A DNA stretch of 63,804 nt, filler included, from Octopus bimaculoides (taxonomy: Eukaryota), in the NCBI RefSeq assembly GCF_001194135.2. It is 4 parts of 4 records of this genome, joined end to end, with 100 filler letters (N's around TTAATTAATTAA, not from the genome) between each part and the next. Parts side by side here need not be neighbours in the genome. Positions count along the whole stretch, not along the records: positions 38,249 to 56,917 come from NC_068982.1; positions 57,018 to 63,804 come from NC_068983.1; 2 more parts are not named here. One strand, written 5' to 3'. A model generated the notes under the pieces. The model saw nothing but the letters and a program-made list of their open reading frames with translations, had not been told where the DNA came from and searched no databases. Made by a program: the position numbers and the translations under genes. Shown here one piece after another: positions 49,622 through 62,399 of this stretch; position 1 is the first letter of the stretch; each line of letters begins with the position of its first letter.

Positions 49622-50350
49622 ATGACTGGTATGAGTGAGGTGTGTGGAACCATCGTTTCTCATCGTCAACGGGGTAAGATGGTTGGAACAAACAACCCCA
49701 TTGAAATTGACGAGGCATTTACCGTACTGCTTTATTCATGGGTATCTGCATTACGAAAAGGAACACCAGCTCTAAAATCTCACACAAACTCAAATTGCAG
49801 TGTAACTTGTTGATGTCCGTATAATAATAATAATAGTAATAAACCGGTTACCTTTCCATATAGAACACGAAGTTTGACACCCTTTTCGAGGACAGTGAAA
49901 TGTAGGCCGGTATTCTCCACTTCTGTCACGTTTTCGTTTTTCTTGCATGATGCTACCACAATGACGATAAGGATCTACTTCTTCTGATGTATCCAGATGA
50001 TTGTTTTCTTGTAAAAATGCAACTGCTGTTTCCTCTGTAAAAAGTATACGTCTATAGAAATCCTTTGTAGAACGACCGTGCGAAGGAGAATGGTGACGAA
50101 TGGAACGGCTCCTTTTAACGCGTCGCACGGTCCACACAAATATAATAATATAAGTGAACTCGGATCTTTTCGTCACCGCCCTCTTACGTATCATCATCAC
50201 AGTACACTTTTCGACCCAACGAGGAAACCTCCGCGTAGCTGTATTACCAGCCATATCTCCTTCATATCACATCCTAAGGTTGTCGAAAAGATCGCGTTAG
50301 ACGATGCTTTCTTTCACAATCAGGCACACACCGCAGGTGGTAACTGATCT
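49622..50350. mobile_element. Merlin (IS1595/ISXO2-like) transposase remnants in two orientations
   Basis: Plus 49625-49720: DW..EVC...GKMVGTNNPIEIDEAF. Minus 50110-49830: AVAFLQENNHL...HCGSIM...FHCPRKGCQTSCSIWKGNRF zinc ribbon. Confidence 0.75.
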
Positions 50351-51059
50351 AAATTAGCTCTAAATTAAAAAAGAGAAAAACAAAATATACACATGTATAT
50401 ACAAACATAATAGAAATAGGAATAAATACTTCGTAACGGGAATATTATTTCTTCGTGCAGAGGTTAGCAAATAATTTAATGAAACAGAAATTTAACTTCA
50501 GGGTGATAATATAATAAATGAATTAAATGACATGACACGTGAAAAATAGAGCAAATTACACATAATGAAACACACACACGCCCCCACGCGCACGCGCACA
50601 CGCACGCGCACACTCCCCCCCCCACATTCTGTATTTTTCTATAACACGAATCCATGTTTGCACCGGAGGTATGAAAATTATACATAAATACAACTCTGTC
50701 ATCAGCAGCCAAAGAGAGAAGTTGATGAAGGTTACTGGCTTTATACGTTCTGGTTTTACCACAAATTAGAGAACTAGAATCAATGCCAAATGAAATGTTA
50801 TAAAACTTGGGATACATTTTCTCTAAATTTACGCCTCTACTACCAGAATTTAAATTAAATCGCTACCACCAGGATTTAAATTAAAATTTCGTTAGAAAAC
50901 CTTAACGAAATATATATTTCTAATGACTCCTTTATGAATTTTAATTTTTAATATCAAATAGTGTGTATTTTATTGTTGAGATTTTACAGTTAAAGAGAAA
51001 TGATTTGAATTAGGGTCATCAGTAACAATGGCGATATTGAAACAGACGTCAGCCATGGA

Positions 51060-51590
51060 AAGCTACAGTCGTATTCCAGAAAATGTGCGCTGCCTGTTCC
51101 TCCAACACCATTTGCTTACCCACAAAGATCCGGTTCTATAGTAGTATAGTTTTACCGAGTGAGACATGGCAGAGCGCCGTGAAAATCGATAGAAAGCTAG
51201 ATGTGTTCCACCAAAGATGCTCGAGAAAGATTCTGGGAATGTACTGGCTGGACCACTTAACCAATGAAGACATTCTAAAGACAGCCAACTCAAGACCACT
51301 TTCCGAAATTTTCACAGGACAAAGGTTAAAACTGGCAGGTCACATGTTCCGACTACTGGAACAACATCATTCTAAAACGGCTTTCAAACGGACACTACCG
51401 GAGGGAAAAAGAAAGAGAAGATCGAAAGCTACATAGCGCAGAACATTCATAACCGACACGAGAGGCCAATATCACATGGCTCGATGCAGAGAAAACTGCA
51501 GCCAACAGAAGTCTGATATATTTTAGTTGGTTTTGAGAGATTCTTACAATATTAGTGTGTACAACCCAAATAATCTTCATCTACTCTTCT
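51060..51590 (+). mobile_element. RTE LINE 3' fragment
   Basis: TKIRFYSSIVLPSETW...LDVFHQRCSRKILGMYWLDHLTNEDIL...RLKLAGHMFR...GKRKR. Confidence 0.88.
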
Positions 51591-52149
51591 CTCTGTGTGC
51601 TGATGGTCGAGTTACGTATGTGTATACTTTATCTCCGCCGGAAACATTGATTAACTTTCAGAAAAAGAAACCATGAAACTTATTTATTTATTTCATTATG
51701 TATACCGTTATTTTTCACATGTTATATTGTTTAAATCCATATATCTATTATTACATTATCACTCTGAAAGCAAGTAATTTTATTTGATTGAATCCTTTGC
51801 TAAACTTTCTACGCAACAGACTTGCATTGTCAGCTATTAAGACCATAAGGAATCAATCTGATGAAATATAGTTACCGTACAAATTCCAAATGAGCATATA
51901 ACACTTCTAAATTAACATGCACACGCGATAAAATATGAAAAAATGTTAATTGTTTGGATGGATAATATATCACATCGTCAATCGCCGAAATCTAAAAGAA
52001 CTATTTGTACAATTTTTTCGTTCTTTCGCATATTTTACTTGTTGCACAAAACTAAAAAAAAAAAAATGCATAAAACATTGCACATACATTATAAAAAAGA
52101 ATTACATTTAATTTTATTCAAATGAAAGCTGACATCCTCGACATCATTA

Positions 52150-52450
52150 AAGCTTCTGACCGTTTCGAGCATGCAAATCTTTTATCGGAAATGATAGTGT
52201 TCCTCATATAGCAGATTCGAAGCCGAATCGCTGGATAGCCGAGTAGATATCACAATTAAGTCATAGTCGTTTCACGTGATCAGCCGATTAACCGACCAAT
52301 CATCGTCAAGCAATCGCATGATTGGATTTCATAAAATTTTCTCATGGAGCCCTATATAAAGGTATGTTTTTGGTAGTAACTCCAGAATGTGAGGCAGATG
52401 CCCCCTGAATGTTGAGGTAGCTTGACGTCTGCATTCTCATACCAGTTTAG
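52150..52450 (-). mobile_element. Penelope-like terminal repeat with degenerate hammerhead and CCAAT/TATA-like motifs
   Basis: Minus TTT-CCGATAA-AGATTTGCATGCTC-GAAAC-G-GTC/AGA at 52190-52153; CCAAT boxes and CTATATAAAGG nearby. Confidence 0.4.
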
Positions 52451-52889
52451 AACACACAGATTTTGTTGTGAAGATAGTGCAATTACTTTCCAATTGTGTT
52501 AAGTCGTGATATACCAGTTAGATTGTCGTAAATCCCAGAGTCTGTCTCTCCTGGCATGTAATTGTCGTTATTACTTTTTATCCAAAGACTATGTACAGTA
52601 AATAAAGCTTCTGGCAATTGTTCGTGAATGTTGTTAATAATTTTTACACACAGCCCTAGAAAGACATTTTCGTTTTCCTTCAACATCAAATACACAAAAG
52701 ATAATTCACGTCACACACATCATGAAGTTTAGTATATCTAGACTTTAGTATATCTAATATACCTAGACTGTCTAGGTTTAGTTTTATTTTCTATTCTCTT
52801 CCTTCTGTTCATCAATGGTTTACTTAACATCATTCCGACAACGTCGGAATGATGATGAGTAAGCCTTCATTCTTCCTCAGTCTTTCATA

Positions 52890-53400
52890 ACTATCTCTTA
52901 CCCTCACGCGACATAGATACCACACGCCAAGTCTGCACCAACTCCATGAACAGAGACCTCGAAAGGATCCCTCAACGGGGTCATACTAATCTTGTTTCTT
53001 TCAACAACAAAGACACTCAAACGCAGTTCATATCAAGGAAACATCATCGCATTGCACACTCCTTAATCATGAGCATCATGCAGTCAGAGCCTTTCCGAGA
53101 GCTTCAAACGTTGGGTGTGGAAAGCACACACTTAGCATGGGACAGAAGTTACTTCTATTCCTAACAATTGTTGACGCTCGACAAAGCTCTGATGAGGTCT
53201 GCAACTGAATACTGCTTTCACATCAATGACGTTGCTGCTGTTATACACTCAGATAATATGGATCATATCTAGAAAAGTGTTATTCGACTGACAAGCATAA
53301 AATCATTCACGGACATGCTCCAGTCTCTGGTCCACCGGCACACTGTCACTTCTATTTGCCTTTTCTACTGCTATCACAATGGACTGCTCCTCGGAGCTGT
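52890..53400 (+). mobile_element. CR1/L2-group LINE RT C-terminal remnant
   Basis: SMNRDLERIPQRGHTNLVSFNNKDTQ...ATEYCFHI...LQSLVHRHTVTSICLFY. Confidence 0.7.
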
Positions 53401-53404
53401 GAAT

Positions 53405-53690
53405 GCTCATCACCAAACCGATAGAATAAGTGCCAGGCTTTAAAAAGTGTGTTCTGGGGTCTATTTGTTCGACTAAAACCCTTCAAGACGGTACCCCAGC
53501 ATGGCCACAGCCCAATTACTAAAAGAAGTAAAGGAGAATGACCTAAACTGCATCCAGTGGTGAGGCTCCAGTTCGTGTGTTCTGGGATTCTGGGGAGAAT
53601 GGAGTTACTCCTTAGTCGCCATTACTCCCCGTTCCGCTCTTACCCAGAGCGGTAGTACCTCTCAGAGTATTACTCATCTATGGGTTAAAT
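53405..53690 (+). mobile_element. family B SINE tail (53405-53540) plus an unclassified interspersed repeat (53550-53690)
   Basis: CCGATAGAATAAGTGCCAGG...CCCCAGCATGGCCACAG; GCCATTACTCCCC..CCGCTCTTACCCAGAGCGGTAGTACC. Confidence 0.65.
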
Positions 53691-53691
53691 A

Positions 53692-56600
53692 ATCTTAATG
53701 GCTAGGTATACTAGACAGACACGACGTGCCAGGATTCTGGGTCAATGGATATGTCTTGTAGCAACCAGTAGCCACCAGTAGCCACCTCCAACCAAGGTGA
53801 CCGCTCCTGCGCTTCGGAGGAAGGTTTTTAAGCCAAAGGCTAGGATGATGAAACTCGGACGTAAAACCTACGACCCAGGACCTTGCTATTACCATCCCAA
53901 CATTTTGTGCCATGGCAGATGAACTCCAGGTGTAAGGGGTGGGGGACAGTTCAGCGCACACTGCACATCACCTAAAAGCTCCACTGCTCAGGTTCGACGG
54001 ACCCATCAGCAAACACCAATCATACCAAGCCCTGACACGATGGGAAAGGTGCATAAACGGCAAGTGGAAGATGACTCTGGAAGTTGTGGTCCCAGTCCTG
54101 CATGCAGGTGATCCAGGATATTGGTCGCCTGATGTCGACCTGGAGATAACATCATCATTCGGCACAACCTGAATGACCAAGCAACCTTCTCTAGGGACAG
54201 GACTGCTTGCTTCACATGGAGAGAGACTAGAAAAAGTGACCTAAACAAATTTCATCTCCTATATCCATATTTGGCAAACCGCGGTCAACGGATATCTTCT
54301 CTTGCGGTCGAACAATATCAAGAATGAAAAGGTACACACCTACCTACAACAGCGTGGAAGGATTGAAAATTGCATGCTAGAACATCAGAACCATAATAGA
54401 CACAGCCGACAGCAGTCGTTCAGAACATCGCTCCGCTTTAATCGCACACATACTGTCAAGACTGCATGTTGATATGAATGCTCTCAGTGAAGTCCGCTAT
54501 CCAAAGAAAGGTAACCTACAAGAACTTGGTGCCGCATACACTCTCTACTGGTCTGGCAAAACAGCAGCAGAGAGGCACCTTTTGGGCATTGGCTTCATGA
54601 TCAGAAACTCAATAGCTTAGAAGCTTGAAAACCTGCCAACAAATTATTCTGGCTACATCATTTCCGTGTGTCTCCTACTGAGTAATCAGCAGTATGCCAC
54701 ATTCTACAGTGTGTACTCCCGAACTCTTCAAGCAAATTCTGCAGGCAAGGGTAAATTATTCTCTGGTCTGCGCAGTCGTCTTCGACAATGTACCCCTGCA
54801 GACAACAAGATCATAATCCTTAGTGATTTCAACGCCAGAGTGTGCCGAGATTCTGTAGCCTGGAAATGAGTACTTGCGAAACATGGCGTTGGTAACTGCA
54901 ACGACAACAAGCTCTTGCTGTTGGAGTTCTGCACAGAGTATCAGCTCGTCATCACGAACACCATCTTCCAGCAGAAAGTTTAAAAACAACCTAGATGCAT
55001 CCTCAGTCCAAATATTGGTACCTCATTGAATATATTCTAGTGCACAGCGTCACATGAAAGATGTCTTGCATACTCAAGTGATGCCCAGTGCAAAATGTCA
55101 CACCAACCATCACCATGCTCGTTGAAAACTTAAACTCCACTTTAAACTCAAACCGAAGAAAGAAGCCCTCAGGAAAAAGTTATAGGTTGACAGTTTCCAG
55201 GCAGCTGAAGCGAAAGCAAACTTCAAGACAGCCCTTCAGTCGAAGCTTGTAGACGTAAATGTCCCCACAGATCCCTCTCCTGAAACACTTTGGGAACAAT
55301 TGAAAGCTGTCATTCTGCAGATATCTGGGGAAGTTCTTGAATTCACCCCAAGGAAGAACAAAGACTGGTTTGATGAAAACAATGAGGAAATTCAAGTATT
55401 GTTGGTGAAGAAGAAAGAGATCCGCACATCAGGCCCACTTAGCTCAACCATCTTGCCCTGAGAAGAAAGCTGCATTCTGTCTCGTATGTAGTGATCTCCA
55501 TCGCAAGCTTTGAGGGATCCAGAAAAAGTGGTGGACCAACCTCGCCTAGAAACTTAGCTGTGCGCAGACATTAGTGACATCAGGGACTTCCACGAAGCCT
55601 AAAAGACGGTGTATAACCCTACGTATCAGGCCCAAACTCCTTTACATAGTGCAGACGGCCAGGTATTCCCTACAGATAGGGTGTCCATCCTCAGCTGTTG
55701 ATCGGAACATTTCCAGGTCCTCTCCAGTGCTAACTGCACTGTCCAAGAATCACCAATACTTTGCATTCTCCAATGACCAGTAAAAGCGGAATTAGATGAA
55801 TTTCCCACCGTTGAAGAGACCACCAAAGTCATAGAGCTGCTGAAGAATCTCAAAACAAGTGTCGATGGAATCCCGCCAAAGATTTGGAGGCATGCGGGAC
55901 CAGCATTACATATAAATTCTATGAGCTTCTCGTCTGTTACTGAGTGCAGGTATAACTACTACAAGATCTCCACAATGCAATTATCATCGCTCTGTACAAG
56001 AACAAAGGTGAAAAGTCAGACTGCTCTAATTACCGGGGGATTACTCTGCTTTTCATTGCAGGGAAAAATCTTCGCAAGGATTCTGAAGAGAATGGTACCC
56101 ACCATCGCTGAAGAACGCTTTCCATGGAGTCAGTACGGATTCAGAGCCTATAGGCTTGTTCTCAGGCAGCTTCGAAAGAAGTACCGGGAACAAAACAAAT
56201 GGCTGTATGTAACGTTCGTTGACCTGACTAAAGCATTCGACACTGAGTAGGAAAGGCATGTGGAAGATCATGGCTGTCAGCTGCACGAAGACTAGTGTTG
56301 TCAAATCAGGCTCAGTAGTGACCTCTCCGATCATCAACAGAACCCTTTCTGATCACTCCGACGACTACAGGCCCACAAAAGACCCTGGAACAATTGGTTC
56401 GAGACCTCTTCTATGACGATGATGCTACCGTTATTGCCCACTTAGAAAGAGCCTTGCAGCGTATCACTTCCTGCTTCGCAGAGGCTTCCCAGCTCTTTCG
56501 GCTAGAAGTCAGCTTAAAAACGACGGAGGTACTTTACCATTCTGCACCTTGGGAAGAGTACCGCCCTTCCCATATCACCATTGATGAGACTGAATTGAAA

Positions 56601-56916
56601 ACTGTCCATCGGTTACCTACCTGGGTGTACCATCATATCAGATGCTAAGATCAACAGGGAAGTCGATAACAGACTAGTAGGGGCGAACAGTGCATTTTGT
56701 AGATTTTACAAACGCATGTGAAACAGAAAACATCTCAAAAAGGGCACCAAGATCAGCGTGTACAGAGTCATAGTCCTTACCATCCCCTCTGTATGGCTCA
56801 GAGCCGTGGGTCACTTATTGTAACCATCTATAATTCTTTGAGCGCTTCCACCAGCGCTGCACCCGCACTATCCTCAACATCCACTGAACTGACTCCATCA
56901 CCAATGTTGAAGTCCT
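53692..56916 (+). mobile_element. RTE (BovB-like) LINE, near full span, inactivated, cut by gap
   Basis: APE endonuclease (ALSEVR, YTLYWSG, IIILSDFNARV, LLEFC..QLVITNT), RT (YRGIT, QYGFR, FVDLTKAFD, LFYDDD); stops, frameshifts and deletion of the RT middle. Confidence 0.93.
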
Positions 56917-57040
56917 TNNNNNNNNNNNNNNNNNNNNNNNNNNNNNNNNNNNNNNNNNNNNTTAATTAATTAANNNNNNNNNNNNNNNNNNNNNNNNNNN
57001 NNNNNNNNNNNNNNNNNATATATATATATATATATATATA

Positions 57041-57357
57041 CACTAATCTCACTGAAAATACGTAACGGATCAACAGAAATCGAGCAAAGGAGCAAAATTT
57101 AACATGCCATATTAGCAGCTTAAAGCTGTAGAATGAGGTAACATATCCTTGGATGATGATTTTTAATTCTGGTCAGTGCCTTAATTCTTCTCAGCAGGTC
57201 TTGCCATACCTAATATAAAAAATCCAACTCGCTTCGCTGGAATCCGTAACGTTTTGAATAGTCCTGTGCCAAATTCAAAACAATTTCAGAGTATAATATA
57301 TACAAAAATGAGAAATTTTTTATTCAAATGAATATTCATACAGTTCTTCTTCTTCTT

Positions 57358-57399
<42 letters not shown>

Positions 57400-57433
57400 T
57401 CATCATCATCATCATCATCTCATCATCATCATC

Positions 57434-57465
<32 letters not shown>

Positions 57466-57566
57466 TATCATCATCATCATTATCATCATCATCATCATCA
57501 TTTTCATCAACATCATTATTATGATTATTATTATTATTATCATTGTTATCATTATTATTATTATTA

Positions 57567-57597
<31 letters not shown>

Positions 57598-57953
57598 CAT
57601 CATCATCATCATTATTATTATCTGCAGTAAATCTAAATAATTGATAATAATAAAAATAATAATATTAGTGGTAGGACGCAGTAATAGCGCTAAATAACTA
57701 TACAATACATTTATAATTGAATTTGGCGCGGGACTATTCAAGACGTAACGGATTCCTGCGAGGCGAGTTGGATTTTTTATATTAGGTATGGCAAGACCTG
57801 CTGAGGAGAATTAAGGCACTGACCAGAGTTCGAAATCATGATTCAGAGATATCTGTTACCTCATTCTATAGCTTTATGCTGAGATGATATGTTAAATTTT
57901 ACTCCTTTACCCGATTTCTGCTGGTCCGTTGCGTATTTTCAGTGAGATTGGTG
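57041..57953. mobile_element. foldback MITE, ~230 bp inverted arms beginning CACTA/CACCA, enclosing a (CAT/TAT)n tract
   Basis: 57041-57272 vs 57718-57953 are reverse complements with scattered mismatches. Confidence 0.8.
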
Positions 57954-58455
57954 GATAAGTTGAGGATTTTGACTCACTTTTCTAGCAAGCTGGGGCTTCA
58001 TTTACCCTCTATTACAATTATAAACTTATTGTATAGCTATTTAATGCTATTATTGCTTGTTGCCACTAATATTATTGTTGTTATTATTATCAATTATTTG
58101 CATTTACCGCTGATAATAATGCCAGTTGCCTCGTTGCATTCTCTTGGATTTCCTAGATGTATATGCATTCGATTCCATTGGGGAGCCTGTCCTTTTAGCT
58201 CGATTCCTAACTCGTGAGTGAAAATAGGTAGATGAAAACTGTGTAGAAGTCCACCGGATGGATTGTGCATCTAATTCCAAAGTACATTGTGTCACACTGA
58301 TTCTTCCTGAGTATCACGTGAATGCCAAATGTATTCTGTATGCGCAAATGGAATATGTACATACATACATACATACATACAAATGTTACTGCGTAAGAAG
58401 GTTTTCTGGAGTACGTTGTGTATTTGAACTAAATCGTTTTTCTCACGAATCGTAG

Positions 58456-58504
58456 TTTACGTCCTGCTGTAGTTCAGGCAACTTTCTCTGGATATTTGAC
58501 ACTG
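58456..58504 (+). CDS. candidate exon (x)LRPAVVQATFSGYLTL
   Basis: Acceptor gaatcgtag, donor CTG/gttaat; an 83-nt intron joins in phase to 58588. Confidence 0.2.
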
Positions 58505-58587
58505 GTTAATTTACATTCGAGTGGAATTGTTTCTTTCGGTGTTGCAATTGTTTTCATTTGCTAATCTCAAGTTATTGTTTTGTTCAG

Positions 58588-58702
58588 GTGGCGTATCTTT
58601 ACATAGGAAATCGAACAAAGTGGCGCCGTGTGTACACTGACATTCCAAAACTAGAGAGATATCAACATCTGGTTCTGCTCGCTCTTCAGCCTGCATATGA
58701 CG
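58588..58702 (+). CDS. candidate internal exon VAYLYIGNRTKWRRVYTDIPKLERYQHLVLLALQPAYD(G), unknown product
   Basis: Acceptor ttattgttttgttcag, donor GACG/gtaaat; only open plus-strand frame; GC elevated over flanks; non-repetitive. Confidence 0.5.
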
Positions 58703-58821
58703 GTAAATGTAGCCAAAAGCTACTTACTACTAATTGCAAAATATCTTCTAGCCAACCATACAATCTATTCAGCGAGAAAAGAAATAAAAGATGCTACAGC
58801 TGCATGAAAAACAAAAATCAT

Positions 58822-58905
58822 GTCATCTAAGCTAATAAAAAAGAAAGAAACACGTCATCTAAGCTATAAGAAAAAACAAGAATAGCGTCATCTAAGCTAT
58901 AAAAA
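58822..58905 (+). repeat. three copies of GTCATCTAAGCTA with A-rich spacers
   Basis: Direct inspection. Confidence 0.85.
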
Positions 58906-60894
58906 AATACAAGTATATAGGAATCCATAACCAACAGTTGAAAACAGAAAGAGATTGCATCATCAAAATAATGTGCATTACGTTCAAATTTCATTTTAAA
59001 GAAATAATAGGATAACAGCGCGAAAAAGAGACAATTGGTTAAAAAATTGTCATCAGTTCAATAAAGCACACAATATGGGGAACTGATAAAAAAAAACATT
59101 GAATTAACAAGTGGATTGTTTAAAGATTGATAAACTCAACAAATACACTCGTTCTTCAGATTTTACAGAAAGAATGCAATTATTTATTCAATTATTTATA
59201 CGGCCGAAAACAATATAAGTACAAAACTTGCTAATAATGAATCGTGCTACCTCGTTCAATGTTTAAGCAGAAATATTCAGCATTTTGGATCAGTATGCAT
59301 ATGCTTATCAATAAAGATCACGTTTTAGATACCAGAATAAATTTATTTGAAAAAAAGCAACTGACGAGTAAACTAGATAAAATTTGATGATGTAATAACA
59401 GCGTCTTTTCCTGTTACTTGTAATATTTAGATTACATCTGATAATATAGGTGTAGTGTCATTGGAAATGCCAATAGAGGAGTGATGAAAATCGACAGAAT
59501 AACAGATAGGTGACAGACCAATGCGAATCTCAAACGAAGAACAAAAGTCCAACAGAAAGCAAGGGCATAATAATGAACTAAATATCAGCAACATATAAAA
59601 ACAGCACCGGCCTCACAGAGTGACAATTTAGTGAAACCGAACAATTTAGAGAGTCAAAATACTGTATGAATAAAAATTACTATATGTCATTTAGTCTCGA
59701 GGTATGTGTATAAATTACAGTTTCGCTAAACTATATATAATATATACTACTGTTATGTGTACATAAAACCTGATATTCATAGTAACCATTAATACTTTAA
59801 TATTAATACGATATCTATTAAAAATAATTCAATCGTTTTAAGTTACAGATGTAAGCATATTAATCATGAAATACCGCCTGATTCAAGGTCCCAGTAACCT
59901 TACAATTATACCTAATTTATTCTTTAAATTACATCTAATAGTAGTTTCTGGAAACATATTTACAAGCGTGAACACATGAAAACTAGTTTCCCTCCTCGCA
60001 TTCAGAAGTCGACGCCTTATTCGATAAGAAAATCTAAATTAATTTGATTTAATTTCTCAAATTGAATTAATTGGGTATGGAAGCAGCTATAGGTGTAAAG
60101 AATTTGATATTATACTGAATGGAATTTATTCAAATAAATTGTTGTCTATACATTAATTTCTCCATTTTCTTTTTCTCATACAAGAATATTTATATACACA
60201 TATCCATCTATGTGATACTTACAGCCGCTTAACAACCCTCTTTTTAGCTTTCCAAATAATCGCTTGTCTTCACGATATTCCCTCATTTTGTGATTCAAAT
60301 GACTAACAGGGATGATTAAAACATTATATTCCACACACCCGTTTTACAACACTTACTATTAACTAAGATTTACCGATATAGGTACTCATCTGTTATTAAC
60401 AATTCTAAAAGCTATTTGAAATTTTTTCCAGTAATAATGTATGTAAAAATGTTTAAATTACTTTAATTTTTCTATTAAAAGATTAAAACTACTGATTTTT
60501 ATGTTTTTAATAACTCATTAATGCTAAAATAATATTTTGGGAAATTTTCAGTAATAATAGATTAGCGTGCCAAAGTGGTTGCTAAATCTTTCATTATTGA
60601 AAATTTTGTTTGTTAAATACTTCCATTGTTATTTAAATGCGTTCCATTTTTAAATATAAACATGTGTCCCGGATTTAGAATAGACACAATGTGTCCCTGC
60701 ATGTCGTTAGAGATAACTGAGAGTGCAGCTGACTGGAAGAAGGTCCAACAGTAAATTCCTGCTTCTGAAGATGCATTCACCTCAAGTAAGCGTGGAAAAG
60801 TGAAAGTAAAACGATGGAAATAAAGTTAATGTCACCAGCATTTAACGAGTTACAATAGTAATTTTTCAATAATATTAATCCTTATACACGCGCC

Positions 60895-60995
60895 AACACA
60901 CACACACACACACACACACTAACACACACACACTAACACACACACACACTAACACACACACACTAACACACACACACTAACACACACACGCACAC
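60895..60995. repeat. (CA)n with periodic CTAA interruptions (14-bp unit)
   Basis: CACACACACACTAA repeated. Confidence 0.9.
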
Positions 60996-61216
60996 AAGCA
61001 AACACATAAAGTATTGTGATGAAGTTCCATGGCAATAAAAATGGAAGCGAGGCAATGTTTCATTTGAAGAGCTAATAGACAGTTGAAAGAATATAATTAG
61101 AGATAGTGCAATGACACATATGAACGTTGTAGTCTTCGAGAATTTAAAAACATTCTAATTGCTGTACAAGTTCTTCCGTTTTTATTTATACCATCGATTT
61201 GCTGTTTATAAATTGA

Positions 61217-61252
<36 letters not shown>

Positions 61253-61268
61253 NNNNNNNNNNAATTGA

Positions 61269-61327
<59 letters not shown>

Positions 61328-62216
61328 GAAAATGGATAGTGTGGCATATTTCAATGCTGCAAGTTGGCCCAGAGAGAATACAAATATTTTATTACGTAAT
61401 TTGTTGTAGATTCGTCTCATATTTGGGTGAATTCAGATGTGCTTTGTAGATTGTGTTTTTATACATACAGAACGTTCATTAATTTAGAAAATTATAACCA
61501 AAAGACTTGAGAACTTTTAAAGCCTCCAAATCTAAACAAAGAAAGAAAGAATTTTAAGTGCCACTGTGATCAAGTTGCAATTATTCTCGAAAATTGTGTT
61601 GTTCATTCATGTGTTTATCAAGGTTAGGGAGTTTGAGACAGCTATACAAAGCTAAAAATCTGCCCAAAATATTTTTCCGAGCTTGGCAGACAAAGAAAAT
61701 TGACTTGGCTTGCTGGAATAATATATCCAGGGACGTGTTAACAGATAACTAGGCATATATTGAATAACATTGAGCTCCCAAGATCTTAATAGCAGCCGGG
61801 AAACAGCCGAGTTATCTCTTGCTTTATGATAGCACAGAATATACCTACTGTGCTGGATTATATTTCATATAAAAACCACAAAGTTTTCATATGAAATAAG
61901 CGTTTCTCAAATAACGTTCGACTTTTAAACACAGACAGTAGTTATAGCGCTATTTCTCTCTATTTCACTTCAAATGTTGCATTGAGTACTTTATTAAAGA
62001 TTTTCTGCGAGTTTAGACGAATTAAAATGACTTAAGTATAGCGAGTGTATCTTTAGCGTGAATTTCTGGATATGCATGTATGTATGCATTGATGTATATA
62101 TATGTATATATGTGTGTGTATTTATATATATATATAAGTTTGTGTGAGAGAGAGAGTTAATGCGTGTGCCTATGTGTATGTATGCGTGTTTTGCTGTTTG
62201 TACACGCGCACACATA

Positions 62217-62261
<45 letters not shown>

Positions 62262-62320
62262 GCACATGTATATGTATATATGTGTATATATATATATATA
62301 CATATACATATACGCACATG

Positions 62321-62399
<79 letters not shown>

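Noticed and set aside
52483-52695. GIY-YIG ORF next to the Penelope-like repeat (YMPGET)
   Set aside because: Motif match too weak; no upstream CxxC in frame
53185-53215. CTGATGAG as a hammerhead core (similar strings at 3985-4005 minus and 20807-20830)
   Set aside because: No helix II/GAAA geometry; two lie inside LINE coding remnants
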